This document shows, one piece after another, positions 1-14,499 of a stretch of DNA of 63,951 nt. The stretch lies in the NCBI GenBank assembly GCA_964016885.1, contig OZ024750.1:44578001-44641951 (forward strand). Reading direction: 5' to 3'. Position 1 is the stretch's first letter, and every line of letters starts with the position of its first letter. Source of the DNA: Eledone cirrhosa. Its lineage: Eukaryota. A model generated the notes under the pieces. It did no database searches and had not been told where the DNA came from. It worked only from the letters and a program-made list of their open reading frames with translations. The position numbers were made by a program, and so were the translations under genes.

Positions 1-56
1 AGAATACCTAGAGTACTTTGGTGGACCCACCTCACACAGAAATGTGCCGGAAGTAC

Positions 57-190
57 TAGACTGGTATTTTTATCGACCTCGAAATGATGAAAGACAAAGT
101 TGACCTCAGTGGGATTTGAACTAAAAGAGACGGAACGATTGATATAAAGCATTCTATCCGACATTCTAAAGACTCTGCCAATTCGCTCTC
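57..190 (-). mobile_element. tRNA-derived SINE fragment, family S1 (core GTTCAAATCCCGCCGAGGTTRACTTTGCCTTTCATCC...GGGGTCGATAAA...GTACCAGT)
   Basis: Reverse complement matches the B-box (GTTCAAATCC) plus core repeated about 10 times in this window; resembles octopus tRNA-SINEs from memory. Confidence 0.75.
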
Positions 191-894
191 TATTTGTAAA
201 ACACTATAAAAAGACACAAAAACCACTTTCTTCTTCAAGTGATTCTTGAAGAATTTAACGAGGGTTTTGTGGAACAAAACGTAAAATAGTTTCTCTCAGA
301 AAACTATGACGAAAACGATTTCGGATAATTATGAACGTATCAAAATAAATTGTTTTGTTTAGTATCATAGAATGGGGAAATCTTGTGAGTTTTCGTATCA
401 AAACGATTGCATATAGTATTAAGAACCTGGCCGAAAAAAAAACTACAAAAACATAACAAAATTATATCTTGAAACATTTTAATCACGACCAGTATATAAT
501 TTGCTTCACTATATATAGCTACTAACATAAGAAATCCTCCTTCCTTGCCATTCACGATATAGAAGGTTTGATATGTGGATCCAATCCATAACATGTACTG
601 TTTGACATAAACCCACAAATCAACAGTGTAAGTACACCCAGCGAGTGAGTGTCAGAAGGTTTTAACGCCAGGCTGTTATCCTTAAATATGGCTGCAGGGT
701 AGGATTTGAGTGTCATTTTGCTGTTTGTCCTTACAGGTTAAACGATCATGTTAAAATAATCTCGTTGTGCTTGTTGATCTTTCAACTGTATTGTATATGT
801 TCTGCTTCGTCGCCGTTGTTGGTATTTACGGTAAATTATAGCAGATCATCTGAAATATTTCCTGCTTCTGCGAGAAATACTCTTTATTATACCG

Positions 895-928
<34 letters not shown>

Positions 929-930
<2 letters not shown>

Positions 931-1111
931 AACGAGTAGGTCCCCGACGGCTGAGCTCAAGCCGTTTCGACGGCTAATTCAGAATTAGCCGCCGAAACGG
1001 CTTGAGCTCACCCGTCGGGTCCTATTCGTTCCTATTACCCACTCTACTACCCTAAGTATTGAGTACTTTGGTGCGTTATCGTCCACCTGGTTCCTTACCA
1101 CATTTCCTTCG

Positions 1112-1113
<2 letters not shown>
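929..1113 (+). mobile_element. Family A: ~140-nt (TA)n-embedded element with fold-back short arm
   Basis: GGAACGAGTAGG..GCCGTTTCGACGGCTAATTC is inverted against AGAATTAGCCGCCGAAACGGC..CGTTCC, followed by a tail ending CCTTCGTTA(TA)n; more than 10 copies in the window. Confidence 0.85.
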
Positions 1114-1183
<70 letters not shown>

Positions 1184-1675
1184 ATTCCATTATAATTTCC
1201 TGCAAATGCCTTTGGTAAGTTTATGTTCCAAACACTACCTTAATGAGAAAGTAAATCCTTTTAGTTCTTGGATATTTTCAAAATTATATATAAATCAAAG
1301 ACAGGGATCTTTTATTAGAAATATGATAACATAAGGATAACATGTTTATTATATAACTGCCTAAGTAATAATCGATGGAGTTAAATAATGTTGGTAGTTT
1401 AAAGTGTTGCCCGTAGATGGTGAAACGACAGAGTTTGTAGCAATTGTGATTGTGGTGGTATTTTGATGATGGTTACATAGAAATTAATAGCATTATTGTT
1501 GGTACTTGAAAGGATGGTAACTATCAATGATCAATGCTGGTGTAACGAGGTGCCATCTGTTGTTGGAAATAGACGTTACTCTATATTGCTGCTGCTATTT
1601 ATGCTAATTCTTTGAATATTTGCCTGACAATATGTTTTCTTTCGTGCGAATACGTATGGGCGTGTGTTTGTAATT

Positions 1676-1823
<148 letters not shown>

Positions 1824-1918
1824 CACACAGTACATATTGGGTTGTAACATGAATTTCCACCGTCGTTGTTATAAGACTCCTTAATAAAAGCAACGGCGGG
1901 AAAGCATGTTACAGCCCA

Positions 1919-1969
<51 letters not shown>

Positions 1970-2337
1970 CATATATATACGTGTCTGTGTGTTTGCAATC
2001 AGGCCATTTGTCAGCCTAACGATAAGAAAATTGGTTAAAATTAGTAAACAATGAAGAGTGTAGATATCTGCTTCCCCGCCCCCACCATTGTGTCTCTCAT
2101 CTGCTAACGTGCTAATCATGACGACGGAAAACAAACGGAATATTTCCTATTCATACTTGGTGTACATGTAACTGTTATAAGGTGCCTCGAGGTCTGCTAG
2201 AAATACCAGCCAGATCCTCCGTAGATTCAAATTTCGAAAATATCGTAGAAACGTGCACACTATATATATATATATATGTAGAGGTTATATTTAATTTGTT
2301 GGGATATAACAAGCAAAATATTTTTATAACTGATATA

Positions 2338-2490
2338 ACTATGCTTTCCAGCATAGTTACGTCCCTTTGCGATCTGAGTTCAAATCCCGCCGAGGTTGAC
2401 TTTGCCTTTCATCCTTACGGGGTCGATAAAATAAAGTACCAGTAATGCACTGGGTAATTGCTGGCCTTGTGCCTAAAGTAGAAACAATTA
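2338..2490 (+). mobile_element. SINE family S1 copy
   Basis: CTGAGTTCAAATCCCGCCGAGGTTGACTTTGCCTTTCATCCTTACGGGGTCGATAAAATAAAGTACCAGT...GTAGAAACAAT. Confidence 0.85.
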
Positions 2491-2556
2491 TATCTTATCT
2501 GATGAAAGCGCACCATAGTTTGATTTGGTGGCCCTTGAAATATGTATAATGAAATA
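2491..2556 (+). ncRNA. Type I hammerhead ribozyme motif (family B)
   Basis: tatcttat-CTGATGA-aagcgcacca..tggtggccctt-GAAA-tatgta-TA-atgaaata. Confidence 0.7.
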
Positions 2557-2689
2557 AATATGGTTTTATAAATATAGTTTCCACATGGGATGATACTTGC
2601 GTTCTCATCAGATAAAATAGGGGGACATGATATGAAGTTTCAAAAAGCACTTGCATTGCTTTATTGTGCTACAATAAAACTCACCTCCT

Positions 2690-2755
<66 letters not shown>

Positions 2756-2759
<4 letters not shown>

Positions 2760-2902
2760 GGCTTCTACAGGAATAGATGATTTCTCCCGAATGAAACAGT
2801 TCTAGTCCTGAAGAAGCCATTTCTATAATAGATATTCATACTCTGCTATGTATTGAGTACCTTACTTACTGTTGTTACCCCCAATTGATCCCGGGATAAA
2901 GT
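2756..2902 (+). mobile_element. Family D microsatellite-embedded element (other copies 26981-27040, 29400-29533 on -, 41486-41668)
   Basis: Shared GATGATTTCCTTCGAATGAAACAGTTCTAGTCCTGTAGAAGCCATTT...GTATTGAGTACCTT; short inverted arm AAATGGCTTCTACAGG. Confidence 0.75.
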
Positions 2903-2920
2903 TATATATATATATATATA

Positions 2921-2976
2921 GGAACCAGTAAGACCCCGACAGCTGAGCTCAAGCCGTTTCGACGGCTAATTCTGGA

Positions 2977-2978
<2 letters not shown>
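2921..2978 (-). mobile_element. Family A solo short arm (another at 9024-9081)
   Basis: (TA)n-GGAACCAGTAAGACCCCGAC..TTCTGGACT-(AT)n. Confidence 0.8.
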
Positions 2979-3067
<89 letters not shown>

Positions 3068-3224
3068 CCAAAATATTAATAAATGAAAAATATTCTCATA
3101 ATCAAAATATATATTTTATTATATATATTTCAAAGGTACAATGTTGTTTAAGTACTTTTTCATTAGACAAAATATAAGATTTGATATGCGACATACAACT
3201 ACGGTTTTGATTATTCAATTCCAG

Positions 3225-3698
<474 letters not shown>

Positions 3699-4489
3699 GA
3701 AGTATTTCCGTAGGAAAGGTAAAGCAAAAAGCAGTGCTAAGCATTCCGCGATGAATTTTACAACTGACAGCACAGCGCCATCTAGAGTGTTCCAACTGAA
3801 ATTAAGTACGGGTAACCAGTGATGATGACGTCATTATATCTGACTTGTGTCGTTATCAAACTGACACTGCCGACCACTTACTGTCGGCCGTAACTGTATA
3901 TGTAAATTTGTCTGATCAGCCATTGTAAATAAGCTTCTAAAGTATATGTTTCAGCTTATATCATAGATTGAGTTATAAACTCAAAATAGTCTTTCACAAT
4001 GAAACAGCTCAAAGAAGGGAATCTTTCCGAGCCGTGTAATATAACTGGATATATGAGAGGGGTGGACACAGATATAAGTATACATGTGTTCCAATTGCAG
4101 ATGACCAAGTTAGCTAGGTTGAAAAAATACTAATTTAAAACAACATGGTTTGCCTGATTCGATTTAACGTAATAAATCAATAAAAATAACAAACCTATAT
4201 CGGGTAAATAGCCTATGATACCCGGACAGATATAAATCTGTTTCGCAAGAATTATTAATTGAAAGACAGAATTCCTGTGCTCATCTGCGGGTAGTTCCAG
4301 CAGTATTGGCCCTTCACCTGAGATTCGAAACAGAAGTAGCAGTACAAGAACAACAAGAACAACAGCAGCATCAGCAGTAACAACAACACCATTAACAACA
4401 ACAACAACATAAACAGCAACTGCACCAACAACAACAACTACATCAACAGCAGATACAGATGCACAAACTACGAAATAAGAAAAAAAGAA

Positions 4490-4690
4490 ATAATTGTTTC
4501 TAGTTTAGACACAGGGTTAGGAATCTTTAGGGAGTTGAAAGTCGATTAAATGGACCTCAGTGGATGACTGGTACTTTTTGTATCGACCCTCGTAAGGGTG
4601 AAAGGCAAAGCTAACCTCGGCGGGATTTGAATTCAGAAAGCAAAGGGCCGTAACTCTATGTCATAAAGCATGTTGCCCGACGCTAAAGAG
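4490..4690 (-). mobile_element. SINE family S1 copy
   Basis: ACTGGTACTTTTTGTATCGACCC..GAAAGGCAAAGCTAACCTCGGCGGGATTTGAATTCAG. Confidence 0.8.
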
Positions 4691-4809
4691 TTCATTTGCA
4701 TATCGGTCGTTTTGAACACAGCTATCTGCAATATCACTGCAGTGTATAAATAGCATCATCATGGTTCCTTAACAACCTGGGATACTGCAATGTTGAACGG
4801 TGTACCAGG

Positions 4810-5290
4810 TGCCTCCATTTCTGGCGGTCATGCGCGAGTGCTTGTGTTATGTTGTCTATCCACCGCATCCTCTATCTGCCTCATCTTCTCTTTCCCTACA
4901 CTGTTCCTTGGAGAATAGTCTTAGAGAATCCATAGGATATAGTCACAATCCCATACCACCTTAACTTTCACCTCTTCACAGAGGTCAGCAGATCTTCAAA
5001 GTGGATCACATGTTGGGTTACGCTTTTGGAGACCTTCTTGTTCGTGATGTGTTTTGTGTAGAAGATTCCCAGGATTCTTCTATAGCGTCTCATCTCCACT
5101 GTTTGGATCTTTCTCTGTAGTTCAGTGGTTAGTGTCCATGAGTGGCACCCGTCATGGATTGGACTAAGGTACGCATGAGTAGTATGTTTGTCTCCCCAGA
5201 GCGGTTTCAGAACGGCAAGCACTTCTGGCTTGGATCCCTCTTGACTGATAGTGACACCAAGGTACCTGAACTGCGTCACAGTTTCCAGCT
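4810..5290 (-). mobile_element. RTE (BovB-like) LINE RT C-terminal fragment, decayed
   Basis: FRYLGVTIS, SWTLTTELQRKIQTVEMRRYRRILGI, KLRWYG, TILQGTV, RWIDNI motifs with in-frame stops. Confidence 0.85.
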
Positions 5291-5304
5291 CTTGTTTGTG
5301 TGTG

Positions 5305-5536
<232 letters not shown>

Positions 5537-5540
<4 letters not shown>

Positions 5541-5701
5541 ATGTTCAAGACCCCGACGACAGAGCTCCTTCGTTATATATATATATATATGACGAAGGAA
5601 GTGTGGTAATGAACAAGATGGACCATAACGCACCAGAGTACTCAATACTTAGGTTAGTAGAGTCGAAACACCTTGGGCTCTGTCGTCGGGGTCTTGAACA
5701 T

Positions 5702-5747
<46 letters not shown>

Positions 5748-5950
5748 GTGTGTGGAAGGTTAGTAAAATAGTGGTTGTGGCAGTCGGCAAATAGGGACCA
5801 TAATGCAGCAGAGTACTCAATACTTAGGGAAGTAGAGTTGGTAATAGGAAAAAGTATGACCCCGACGGCAGAGCTGAAGCCGTTTCGACTGCTATTTCTA
5901 GTTCAGAAATAGCCGTCGAAACGGCTTGGCCTCTGCCGTCGGGGTCATAC

Positions 5951-5958
<8 letters not shown>
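5537..5958. mobile_element. Two family A-related palindromic copies
   Basis: GACCCCGACG/CGTCGGGGTC arms and GAGTACTCAATACTTAGG tail segments between (TA)n tracts. Confidence 0.75.
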
Positions 5959-6048
<90 letters not shown>

Positions 6049-6423
6049 GTGTGAGTGTGTGTGTGTGGATATGTAAATGTATATGTATCTATTTATGAAT
6101 ATTAGCTAACAATACTAACTGTGCATTTATTTTCCACCAGTCTTCAATATCAATATCCTATTTATCTTCGACAAAAATTGTTTTACGTGATTTCAGTAAG
6201 TTTCCCGTGTATTCAGTGTTAACTATACATCTATGGCGTTTATGAACCACTGTCATTTTATCAACAACATCTCTTGTGGAAATTATCTTCATGATTCCTT
6301 TCATCTTTCAGAGAAGAAATCATTATCTTCTATATCTCTATTGATAAATCTCTGGCGTTTATTTTTTCATTTGTGTAAACAGCCAATATGTGAATATATA
6401 TATTTTCGTGCGTGTATATGTAG

Positions 6424-7182
<759 letters not shown>

Positions 7183-7728
7183 TTTGTTTTGCGAGGGTTT
7201 TGATATGAAATCTTGTGTCGAAACAAATATTGTTGTACTTGGGGAGGGTCATATTGTTGTAATAATAGAAATAACAACAGAACACACTCACTGTTTGGCT
7301 TGGGTTGGTTTCCGCTTCTGTATCTTTTATATCTCCACAGTTAATTCATTTGGTCCTCAATGTTTATCATTGACTGACCAACGGTCAAAAATACAGATAT
7401 AATATAGATATAAACACATATATATAGTCTAACAAAGTTTTTAAAAAAATAGCGTAGACATCCAATACAACAGGAGGAAGATAATAGTACCACTGATGAT
7501 GTTGCAAGTGTGCAAAAAAGAACTATGTTAGACTATATATATGTGTTTATATATATATTATATCTGTATTTTTGACTGTTGGTCAGTCAATGATAAACAT
7601 GCAGGACCAAATGAATTAACTGTGGAGATATAAAAGATCCAGAAGCGACAACCAACCAATCAGTGAGTGTGTTCTATTGTTTTTTCTGGCAATATTATTA
7701 CAACAATGTGACCCTCCCCAAGTAAAAC

Positions 7729-7730
<2 letters not shown>
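7183..7730 (-). mobile_element. Family K asymmetric palindrome (~190-bp arms, 50-nt tail)
   Basis: 7231-7420 is inverted against 7540-7730; arm end and tail resemble 55455-55549. Confidence 0.75.
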
Positions 7731-7775
<45 letters not shown>

Positions 7776-8285
7776 AAATGAAACAAAACAAAAAAAGGAC
7801 GCAAAATTACAGTTATAAATGTGTATGTATGTATGTATGTATGTATGTATGTATGTAGTATGTGTATATATATATATATATATATGTATACCTACCTACC
7901 TACATACATACATGCATACATACATTCATTCATAAATACATACCTACATACATACTTACATACATCTACGTGCGTCTTTTAAATCAACACTTTTACATGA
8001 AATATGTTTTTAGACCTTCAATAAAAAAAAAACTCTTTAAAAAAATAAACACAAACAAAATTCACGAAAATAAAAAAAAAACTCTTTAAAAAAATAAACA
8101 CAAACAAAATTCACGAATGTTTTGCAAATATCTAATTTATATGTTACCATTGCTGCTATTAAAGACTGTCTATGTTTCCATTACTATTATTGTTAGTTTA
8201 GTTACAACACAAACACCTTTCTATGCCATGTTTATATAAGAGTCGAATCGATTTCTAAGCTGAAAAGAAAAACACCGTCATTTTT

Positions 8286-8634
8286 GTTTTTCATATTTCT
8301 CCGTCATATTGTCTATTGATGTGTTAGTAAAAGTATTGTTTCTAATCTAGATACATTTGAAATATCTTATCTCGTAAATATACTTATGTATCTGATAACA
8401 TTGGTTTTCATATTTTCCCGTTATTTTGTCTATTAATGTGTTAGTAAAAATATTGTTTCTAATCTAGTAACATTTGAAATATCTTATCTCGTAAATATAC
8501 TTATGTATCTGATAACAATGGTTTTCATATTTCCCCTTCATATTGCCTATTAATGTATTAGTAAAAGTATTATTTCTGATCTAGATACATTTGAAATATC
8601 TTATCTCGTAAATATACTTTTTTAACTGATAACA
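8286..8634. repeat. Tandem repeat, 117-bp unit x3
   Basis: TCATATTT starts at 8291, 8408 and 8525; CATTTGAAATATCTTATCTCGTAAATATACTT occurs in each unit. Confidence 0.9.
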
Positions 8635-9489
8635 GACGCAAAGAAAATGTCGGAAAAAATATGGCAACTTCCGTAAGTTTAACAACTTCAGCAAAAACAA
8701 AGGGAAATAACCGACGATCATTTCTCATTTCTTAGTGGTTATCAAGGTGATATATACCTTATTTTTGCTGTGAGCTGTAGAAGGTGAATTTATATAGAAT
8801 TCCAATTATGTTTACGAGCTGTTTAAACTTATTAACATACAGAGCGGTTACCATGGAATTTCTACACGAATGCAATGACACAGTGGTTCTACATGGACGT
8901 TGAGATTTTCAAAAACCAACCTTTTTTCCATTCAGCGGGCTTTTTAAAATCCAAACTCTTCAGATACGGCTTAAGCACACGTTGCTACCTAAATAAATAA
9001 ATAAATAAATATATATATATATAGGAAAAGGCATAACCCCGACGGCAGAGCTTAAGCCGTTTCGACGGCTATTTCTGGACTATATATATATATATATAGT
9101 AATAATAATAAATTTGAAGACTAAAATCCAAAGAGGGCTCGATAAGGATAAATATATATCAAATATATATCAAATATATAAGAACGCTAGAGCAAAACGT
9201 GGTTTTGTCTTTGCGTGTAATTGTTCTCATCGATCCACATAATGACGTATTATCTTCGCTTTTTTCCGTTAATTGCCAGGGAATGTCTCCAGGAACCAAA
9301 GTATCGTTTTCCTGTTTTCCTTCGGTTGCAAAGTTTTTCGAAATATTTACTTCTGCGTTCACAGATTGATTTTTTTTAGTTTCAGAAGATCCCGTTAAGG
9401 GTGAAAGAGGCGATTCTTTGCTTAAACTTTAATCTGTTATTTTAATAAATTAATATATATATAATATATATATATATAGATATAAATAA

Positions 9490-9572
<83 letters not shown>

Positions 9573-9872
9573 GATAAATATATATGCAAAGTCGAGAACT
9601 CAACTATCTGCTCAATATATAGAAAAAAGCAACACCAGGCACCGCTAATATATTATGTTATGTACTTTAAGCGAAATATTGCATGCGTCCAACACACACC
9701 GTGCACCGCTCGGTTGTGCACGGGAAGCACACAACATGGGGAAATAGATTTCACGACGTTAATAACGATAACAAGAATGATGATGATGAGGAGGAGGAAG
9801 GCGTGGAAGTAGAAAAGGAGGAAGATGATGTTGATGATGATTATTACAATAATGATATGATGATGATAATTA

Positions 9873-10650
9873 TCAGGCCAATGTGATGAAAAACGGAATA
9901 AAGCCAAAGTGCGGATTCTGCAATGCTGAGGTTGAAACGGTAGATCACTTCGTCTCTGGATGTAAAGTTTTAGCACCAGTAGTATACAAATATAGACATG
10001 ACAGAGTTGGCCAATATCTACACTGGGTAATATGTCGGCATTACAAAATCAAAGCTGAAGACAAGTGGTATAATCATCACCCTGAGGCTGTAACTGAAGG
10101 AGAAAAAGTAACAATTCTCTGGAACTTTCTGTACATACTGACAGGACCATAAACGCAAATAGACCTGACATCATTATAAAAGATCAACATAACAAGGTCT
10201 GTTTAGTGATAGCTATGAGCATCACATGTGATAACAATATAACGGCAAAAGAATTTGACATGCTACGAAATTATAAAGATCTGCTTATTGAAATTGAGAA
10301 AATGTGGCACCCCAAGGCCGCTACAATACCAGTGATTGTGCGAGGACTGGGAATGATCAAGAACGGAACAGAACAATATTTGCGAATGATTCCTGGTTTA
10401 CCCTCTCTGCACGAGGTGCAAACAATAGTTTTGACTGGTACCGCACACGTATTGAGAAGAGCACTATCTGTATATATGTATGTGTATATATGTATACTGT
10501 TTTTCTTTTTAAATTATAATCAATGTGCTGTATTAACTGGCTTACCAATGCACACTGTGAATTTATTTGCCCTAGGTGTCAGGAAGACACTCGGCATATA
10601 TCTCAGAAACAATAATGAAAGAAAATAAAAATGATAATAATAATAATAAC
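9873..10650 (+). mobile_element. R4/Dong-clade non-LTR retrotransposon 3' fragment (CCHC, RHD, REL endonuclease)
   Basis: CGFCNAEVETVDHFVSGC, YKYRHDRV, NRPDIII, IPVIVRGLG, GTAHVLRRAL; ends in (TAA)n, the known Dong target and tail. Confidence 0.9.
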
Positions 10651-10902
10651 GAGTTCTTTTATTGGCCACAAGGGCCGACATGTAGGGGACAATACAAAGA
10701 CAGGGATAGTGGGGGGTTTACAATAAGGTCGAGTAAAAGTGCACAATGAAGACATACAAAATATAAAATAAACTATGCTTAAATATAACAAAATAAATAA
10801 ATTCCCCTATCGGGGGTGGACGACCCAGGAGTGACTCAAGTACCCCACCAATTCTGAACCACCCTGTGCTTCTAGGGCAGCCCTCTCCTCCAATTAGCTA
10901 GC

Positions 10903-13900
10903 TTATAGGCGCAGGGTCAGAGTAGGCCCATTCACACGGCCATTGTCGCCATATTCTTCCAAATTTTAGAAAATGTACTGGGTGGCAGCAATTCTCTCTT
11001 CACCCTCACCTTCCTTTCCAGGTGAAACTTGAAGAAGTTGATGAGGGATTGGCCGAAGAGAAAAGTGTTTGCCTTCAGTCCTTTCAATCTGGTCAAACAT
11101 ATAACCTCTTTCGCAACTGCCACCAGATAGGAAAATTGCCTGTTCTTCCTGACCAAAGGAAGGCGGCGGGTCGATCTTCACCATGGACTCTGCCGAAAGC
11201 CGGATCCATTCCACACGCGACAGTAGCTATTTGACATAACTCCACAAGTCAGTAATGCACAACATTGGACAACTGAGTGCAAAACGGTTTCGTCGCTGTG
11301 TGCGCATCTTGCGCATGTCCGTCTGACAGCACTTCCGTGTCTGTAGAGTTTATCCGGAGCCGGTAGTGCCCCGCGGTAGCACTGCCAAGAGAGGGAATTC
11401 TGGAAATTGTCCATCGTCTCCGGCTCAAAAGTCCTCCGGTACAGACTGGTCAGTTCGACTTCGTCGAGGCCCAAAGCTTCTCCGAGTGCGTCATCGCACT
11501 TGCCCCCCACTAATCCTCTATAGAACTCGAGAGTGGAAGTTCTACTGATAGCATTTCCCGCTTGCTAGAGGGCAGTGAGTATCATCTGGCAACATTCCAG
11601 GTGCCAGTCACCCACTCTCGGTCTCTTCTTGACCCAAGACTGCAGCTCAGTCAAAGAAACGAGCTGCGGAGAGGCCCGTCTGATAAACGGTGACCACACC
11701 TGTTCATCGTTTAGGTAGAATATCTGGATTTGTCGCAGCCTCAGCACATGTCAGCGCATCATTAGCCACGGTATCAGCATAGAGGGTGCTGGCAGCAGAT
11801 GGACCGCTTCACCAACGGAACTTGTCCTCTCCACAAGAATTTGAAGAAGAGCCGTTCCAACATGATGAGGAGCAGACGGGGGCAAGACACGACGATCAGG
11901 TGCTAGTAGATGACGGATGCGATGTACGCATTCGCCACCTCCACGCGACCTTTCAGTGATAGCTTCCTCCCAGCCCATATTTGGGTGAGACTGGCAACCC
12001 TGCTCGTTACCTCGTCCCAATTATTTTCCACTTGGAGGTCTGGTCCGAACCAGACCAGAGCAACTTTATCGGTCCGTCCGTCAACACCCACGACGCTGTT
12101 GGACAGCATGGGCTTTTCTCTCCAAGTTCCAAGCTGCAAGCCCACCAAATTTTCCGGGTTAAGTTTGGCTCCTGTCAACCTTTCATATTTCTTCAATGAG
12201 GTGCCGATCACCTCGATTTCTTAGGTGACCGACACCAGCAGGGTGATGTCGTCCGTATAGGCCGACACCGCCTTTCCACGTCCCGGTTCGAGCGGGATGC
12301 CCTACAACAGCTCCAGCTTCCGCAGTAAAGGCTCGAGAGTCAATACGTACAGAATGGAAGAGAGAGGGCACACTTGACGGACCGATCGGGAGAGCCGAAA
12401 TGGTTCCGAGATGTGGCCATTAACCTTGACCACCGAGCATGTGCTGCTGTGCATTGCAGCGATCCAGCTTCTAAAGACAGGGTCGAAGCCAGCTGCTTTG
12501 AGGACAAATTCTAGATACTGATGGTCGACCCTATCGAATGCTTTCGATTGTTCTAAATTTAAATTAATCATTGCCCCACCGAAGCCAGGTTTACACCCGA
12601 CCCTCTCTATGATGTATCACATGAGGTGGAGATTGTCGTGTATGGACCTGGCTGGGATTGCGCACGTTTGCGCCTCCCCAACCAAATCCTCGACGACAAG
12701 CGCCAATCTCTTTGCTAACACATTTGCCAAAATCTTAAACTCTGTGTTAAGTAGAGTTTTGGGCCTGAAGTTATCTAATGTATCCCTCTTGTTCTCGTCT
12801 TTCCTTATCAGCGTCACTACTCCCCTGCTCACAGAACTGGGGTATACTCCCATTCTGCTGCCAGTTGCAGTAGAGTGCTTCGAAGAGATCGGAGAACAAG
12901 TCTGGCATATTTACGTAAAGCTCGTAGGGCAGGCCATCCAAACCGGGTGACTTGCGCATCTTGTAGCCAACAAGGGCTTCCTGAATTTCGGCCGAAGTAA
13001 TCGGAATTTAGCAGCGCTCAGCGTCGACCGTCGAGATGCGCGGCAAGCCGTCAAGGAAGGGACTGAAATCCGTTACTCTCTCTGACTCGCCACTCTCCCC
13101 GAACAACCGAGCAAAGTGCTGGCGAAAGGCCTCACACATCCACATGGAATCGCTTATCTCGTGTCCATCTCGGTTCGCCAAAGACCGAATTGTGGTTTTA
13201 TTATCAGGTTGCGCCTCCGCCACGCGGGCCCATCGAACAGCTTTGGTTCCCTCGTTTCTCAGCGCACGCTCCTTCGCTCTGACAATGCAACCTTCGTGTT
13301 TCGCATTGAAGAAATGGTCTAATGCCATTCTCGCCGCTAGCAAGGCAGTTGCAATGCAACTCCCAATAGCCTTGTCTAACTTATCTACCATCTCCCCCTC
13401 CTCTCTATTTTTCTCTAACGCTAGTTCTTTGCTGAACTCTATCGAAGTTACTCTAATCTCACTTTTGAGAGCCCCCCACCATCTGTTGTTGATGATCCCC
13501 CCTGTCAACTTTTGCTTAAATAAATTGTTGACTCAGTCGCTGGAATCCTTATGTGCCGGAAATGACATGTTCAGCTTCCAGTAACACGGTCCCAACCTAC
13601 GCGTTTTATCTAGGTCGACCATACAGATCACAAATTTGTGATCTGAATAGGCGACCGGTTTAAAAATTGGGCAGCCTACACTATTTCTATCTATTTTCCT
13701 AATGAACATCCTGTTTATATACGATCTAGATGACCCTATGTGGTTTTTCCACGTCCACACTGGCGCATTGGGGAAATCTAGTCGATACCTGTCAGACAGT
13801 TGGAACTGGCTGGTTAGGTGTTTGAGGATTTTGCACCCTCCGCTCCTTTCAGCTACTCCCACACAATCCAGAGTACGTCTAAGATGCCGTCGTTCCAGTC

Positions 13901-14276
13901 CCCCGCTAACAGCAGAGGGCGAGACGTACCCAGGAATGTTTCCAGGCGCCTAAAGATGTCCGGTCGTCCGGCCCCAGTAGGGGCGTAGATGTCCAGCAGT
14001 CTAAAGGCTTCACCTTCGCTACTGCTCACATCCAGAACCAACAACTTATCGTTCGGATCCCGGAAGATCGACCTTATCTCGAGATCCAGTCCTTTCCTAA
14101 ACAGTACTGCCACCCCTTATTCCCGGCCTGCTAACAGATGCGAAGATCTGATAGTCGTCGAAAATGGGGGCTAGTGCGCGCGTGTCGGAAATCCTGGTCT
14201 CGCTGACGGCAATCACATCCATTTCCAGAGATCTGCTTCAAGGGTGACTTAAACTTCCTACTCTTAATATGGCCAT
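10903..14276 (-). pseudogene. LINE ORF2 (AP endonuclease, reverse transcriptase, CCHC zinc finger), disrupted by stops and frameshifts
   Basis: DVIAVSET, AGDWN, SDHK, YWKLN, KSPGLDGLPYE, NFRPKTLLNTEFKIL, KAFDRVDH, RQVCPLS, AYTDD, CARC..ETVLHSVVQC. Confidence 0.9.
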
Positions 14277-14499
14277 GTTGGCAAGCTAAAAGAGAGAGGG
14301 AAGGTTTACTTACCTCCCGGGGTCTTGAGAAGTTTGGGTGGTTCGACCTCCATGGATGGTGGGGTTTCTTTTGGGAACCCCTTTAAAAGTCTCGGTGTGG
14401 GTTTCACGTTCGGGGTTCCCACGTCTTGAGGACAGCTCACTCGAATTTATTTGTAGGAATCGAGCGACATTCGCACCAGAAGCAAATCTTCTGACTCGC

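Noticed and set aside
3773-3835. CTCF-like CAGCGCCATCTAG and a TGACGTCA site
   Set aside because: Short motifs inside a probable repeat with no supporting context.
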